From an uncultured Thermoleophilia bacterium (GTDB taxonomy: Bacteria > Actinomycetota > Thermoleophilia > UBA2241), in assembly GCA_963715985.1 (NCBI GenBank), contig CAVQSP010000020.1, forward strand, positions 160,001 to 224,000: a DNA stretch of 64,000 nucleotides, in the 5' to 3' direction. Every line of letters starts with the position of its first letter. The first letter of the stretch is position 1. The position numbers and the translations under genes were made by a program. Below are positions 61,683 through 64,000 of this stretch, one piece after another. The notes below the pieces were generated by a model. That model ran no database searches and was not told the DNA's origin. It saw only the letters and a program-made list of their open reading frames with translations.

Positions 61683-62243
61683 TCACCCCGCCGGCTCGAA
61701 GTCCTTGCCCACGCTCCAGCACTTGGCCACCGGCGCACCCAGCGACCAGTACTTGCGGCTCGACATGTCGAAGAGCAGCGGCTTGAGCTTGGCGATGTCC
61801 ACGATGCCGTTGGTCAGCACGTCCGCGTCCGCGTACGTACCGACGATCTCGCCGACGAACAGGTCGTGCGTGGGCAGCTCCACGTGCTCGATGAGCCGGC
61901 ACTCCATGGTCACCTTGCACTGCTCGATCATGGGGGCGGTGTCGAGCTCGCCGTAGAAGAGGTCGAAGAGCTCGCCCTTCTTCTCCTTACGCCCGCTCAC
62001 CATCCCCACGTGGTCGGTGATCTCGACCATGTCCTCCGACGGGAGGTTCACGCTGAACGTGCGGTTGGCCTTGATGCCCTCGTTGGTGAGGTGGATCCTC
62101 CCCATCCCGAGGGTGATGCCTTTGAGGTGGGCGATGCCGACGTGCGCCACGGTGGCGAAGTCGGGCACACCGTCTACCGTGGCGCCCACGAGGGCGGTGA
62201 CCAGCGGGTAGAGGGCGTTGGTGTCGCCGAGCTTCTGCTTCAC
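61683..62243 (-). CDS. Flavin reductase-like (flavoredoxin) protein
   Basis: LYP, FSVNLP, GMVSG, APMIEQC..MEC, THDLFVGEI. Confidence 0.85.
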   Translation of the reverse strand: MKQKLGDTNALYPLVTALVGATVDGVPDFATVAHVGIAHLKGITLGMGRIHLTNEGIKANRTFSVNLPSEDMVEITDHVGMVSGRKEKKGELFDLFYGELDTAPMIEQCKVTMECRLIEHVELPTHDLFVGEIVGTYADADVLTNGIVDIAKLKPLLFDMSSRKYWSLGAPVAKCWSVGKDFEPAG

Positions 62244-62388
62244 GAGAGACCCCGTTCGTGTAGGTGACCGGACCGTGGCCCTTGCATACCCACGGCCGCG
62301 TGAGCGGCAACCTGCCGGTGCTGGGGCGGTGCTGCCGGCGCCGTCGCCCCGGGTTTCGCGGCCGCCGGGCGACGGTCATGATGGAGCG

Positions 62389-63514
62389 GTGAGTGTGACC
62401 CCCTCACAGGTCCAGGAGCCCGGCCAGACGCCCGTCCCGCCGCGTGCGCGCCGGCGGCGGCGCGGGCGACTGGCGCCGCCGCTGGTGTTCATCGTGGTGA
62501 TCGGCGTGGCCGCCATCGCCGGCGCCTTCATGCTGGCGCGCGCCTTCGAGGACGACCGGCCACGCGGCCCCTACCTGATCGGCGCCTGGACCTTCGGCGA
62601 CGCCGGCTCCCTGGAGAGGGCCGTGGACGCCGGCGCGCTCGACGAGGTCAGCCTGGACTGGCTGCAGTCGCGGGCGGACGGCTCGGTGGCCGCACCACGG
62701 TTCGACGCCGGCTTTCTCGCCCTCGTGCGCGAGAAGGACTGCCGCGTTGTCGTCACGCTCACCGACTACGACGAGACCATCCACACCTTCGACCCGCGCA
62801 TCTCGGCCGAGATCCTCGCGACGGCGCAGACGCGCCGAGCCCATGCGGAGGCCGTGGCCGAGTGGTGCCGCGCCAACGACGTGGACGGCCTCGACGTGGA
62901 TTGGGAGGCGCTCAAGGCAACGCAGCGCGGGCGCTTCACCGCCTTCGTCGCGGAGCTTGCCCGGCAGCTCCACGACGACGGCCGCTTCATCGCCGTGGAC
63001 GTCTACCCCAAGCTGCGCGAGCCGGGCGGCTGGGACGGCCCGCGCGCGCAGGACTGGAGCGCCCTCGGCGAGGTCGTCGACCAGGTCCGCGTGATGACCT
63101 ACAACTACTCCGGCTCGTGGTCCGGTCCGGGTCCCCTCTCCCCTCCCGCGTGGATGGACGCCGTGCTCACGTTCGCGGAGTCCCAGATCGCCTCACGCAA
63201 GGTGGTGATGGGGATCGGCTTCTACGGCAGGGACTGGCGCGGCTCACGAGACCACGGACCTGGTGTGGGCCAACGTGCGCCAGATCCGCGCCGACTACCA
63301 CCCCAGGATGTGGCGCGGACCCTCCGTCGAGCTGACGCTCGACTACAAGCGAGACGGCGCCGCGCACACCGCCTTCTTCCCCGACGCCAGGGCGATCGAC
63401 GCCAAGCTGACCATGATGCTCACGCGGCACCCGCACATCCGCGGGGTGTACTGCTGGATGCTGGGGCAGGAGGACCCCGCCGTGTGGAAGGTCCTCCGCA
63501 AGCGGCTCCACTGA
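62389..63514 (+). CDS. GH18 family glycoside hydrolase, membrane-anchored (+1 frameshift near 63247)
   Basis: DGLDVDWE catalytic motif, VMTYNY, KVVMGIGFYGRDW; then GVYCWMLGQED in the next frame. Confidence 0.82.
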
Positions 63515-63548
63515 GGCGCGGGGCCCGCTCAGGCAGCGGGTAGCGCGC

Positions 63549-64000
63549 TCAGGCGTTCACGTCCTCGGGAGGCTCCCCGTCCCAGTAGTCGCAGAGGGCG
63601 AGCCGCCCGGTGACCCCCAGCCCGCGGAACCGCACCTTGCCGCTGCGCGGGTAGAACGTCATCTCGTCGCTGCGCCGCTGCCCATACGCCAGCAGCGTGA
63701 TGCCGAGGGCGTTGGCCATGAAGGCGTGCGCGACACCGGTGCCCGCCGGGCGCACGAGCACGTCGCCGGCGGTCACCGCGTGGACCCGCAGCTGCGGCGG
63801 CCGCGAGTCGCAGTCGTAGGCGAGCACCGTGCCGTCGCCTTCCAGCAGCACGAAGATCTCCTCCTCCGCCGCGTGCACGTGCGGCGGGCAGTTGAGCCGG
63901 TTGTGCCGCACGACCACGTGGTTGAGCCCGGTGAGCCGCGAGCCGGCGGCCAGTCCCAGCGCGCGCTGGCGGCGGTCGGTGTCGCCCTGGCACACCGCGA
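63549..64000 (-). CDS. Cupin domain protein (partial, runs off right edge)
   Basis: PPHVHAAEEEIFVLLEG, GD...RPAGTGVAH, YPRSGK. Confidence 0.78.
   Translation of the reverse strand, partial: AVCQGDTDRRQRALGLAAGSRLTGLNHVVVRHNRLNCPPHVHAAEEEIFVLLEGDGTVLAYDCDSRPPQLRVHAVTAGDVLVRPAGTGVAHAFMANALGITLLAYGQRRSDEMTFYPRSGKVRFRGLGVTGRLALCDYWDGEPPEDVNA

Overview
High-GC chromosomal window, most likely from an Actinomycetota genome (whiA, polA-rpsA-coaE-uvrB order, a CGAAC-N4-GTTCG SOS box, many leaderless genes; probably Thermoleophilia-like, by inference). Bases 1-17.6 kb hold a conserved minus-strand block: polA, rpsA, coaE, lytic transglycosylase, uvrB, DUF2284, uvrA, GNAT, uvrC, ogt, rapZ, yvcK, whiA. 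The rest is a mix of tRNA-Leu(GAG), transporters (RND, MFS, an orphan ABC solute-binding protein), further DNA-processing genes (exonuclease-DinG, a UDG/Mug-like protein, a Cas4/RecB-like DUF2779 protein, sbcDC), an MntA-HepT toxin-antitoxin pair, redox enzymes, hisG, a type IV pilin and a GH18. I saw no integrase, transposase or CRISPR array. The most unusual items are: four abutting hairpins with a shared cG(Y)(W)g triloop at 9134-9234; tandem BldC-like HTH-GAF regulators with duplicated leaderless promoters; a DUF2779/UDG/SbcCD locus; a HepT gene with no canonical start, in frame with the MntA UGA stop; an ADP-ribosylglycohydrolase with degenerate motifs; a possible SigB-type regulon including an unannotated 58-aa protein; and three genes reduced by internal deletions. 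Four +1 frameshifts may be assembly errors. All family calls come from motif recognition by eye, not from database searches.
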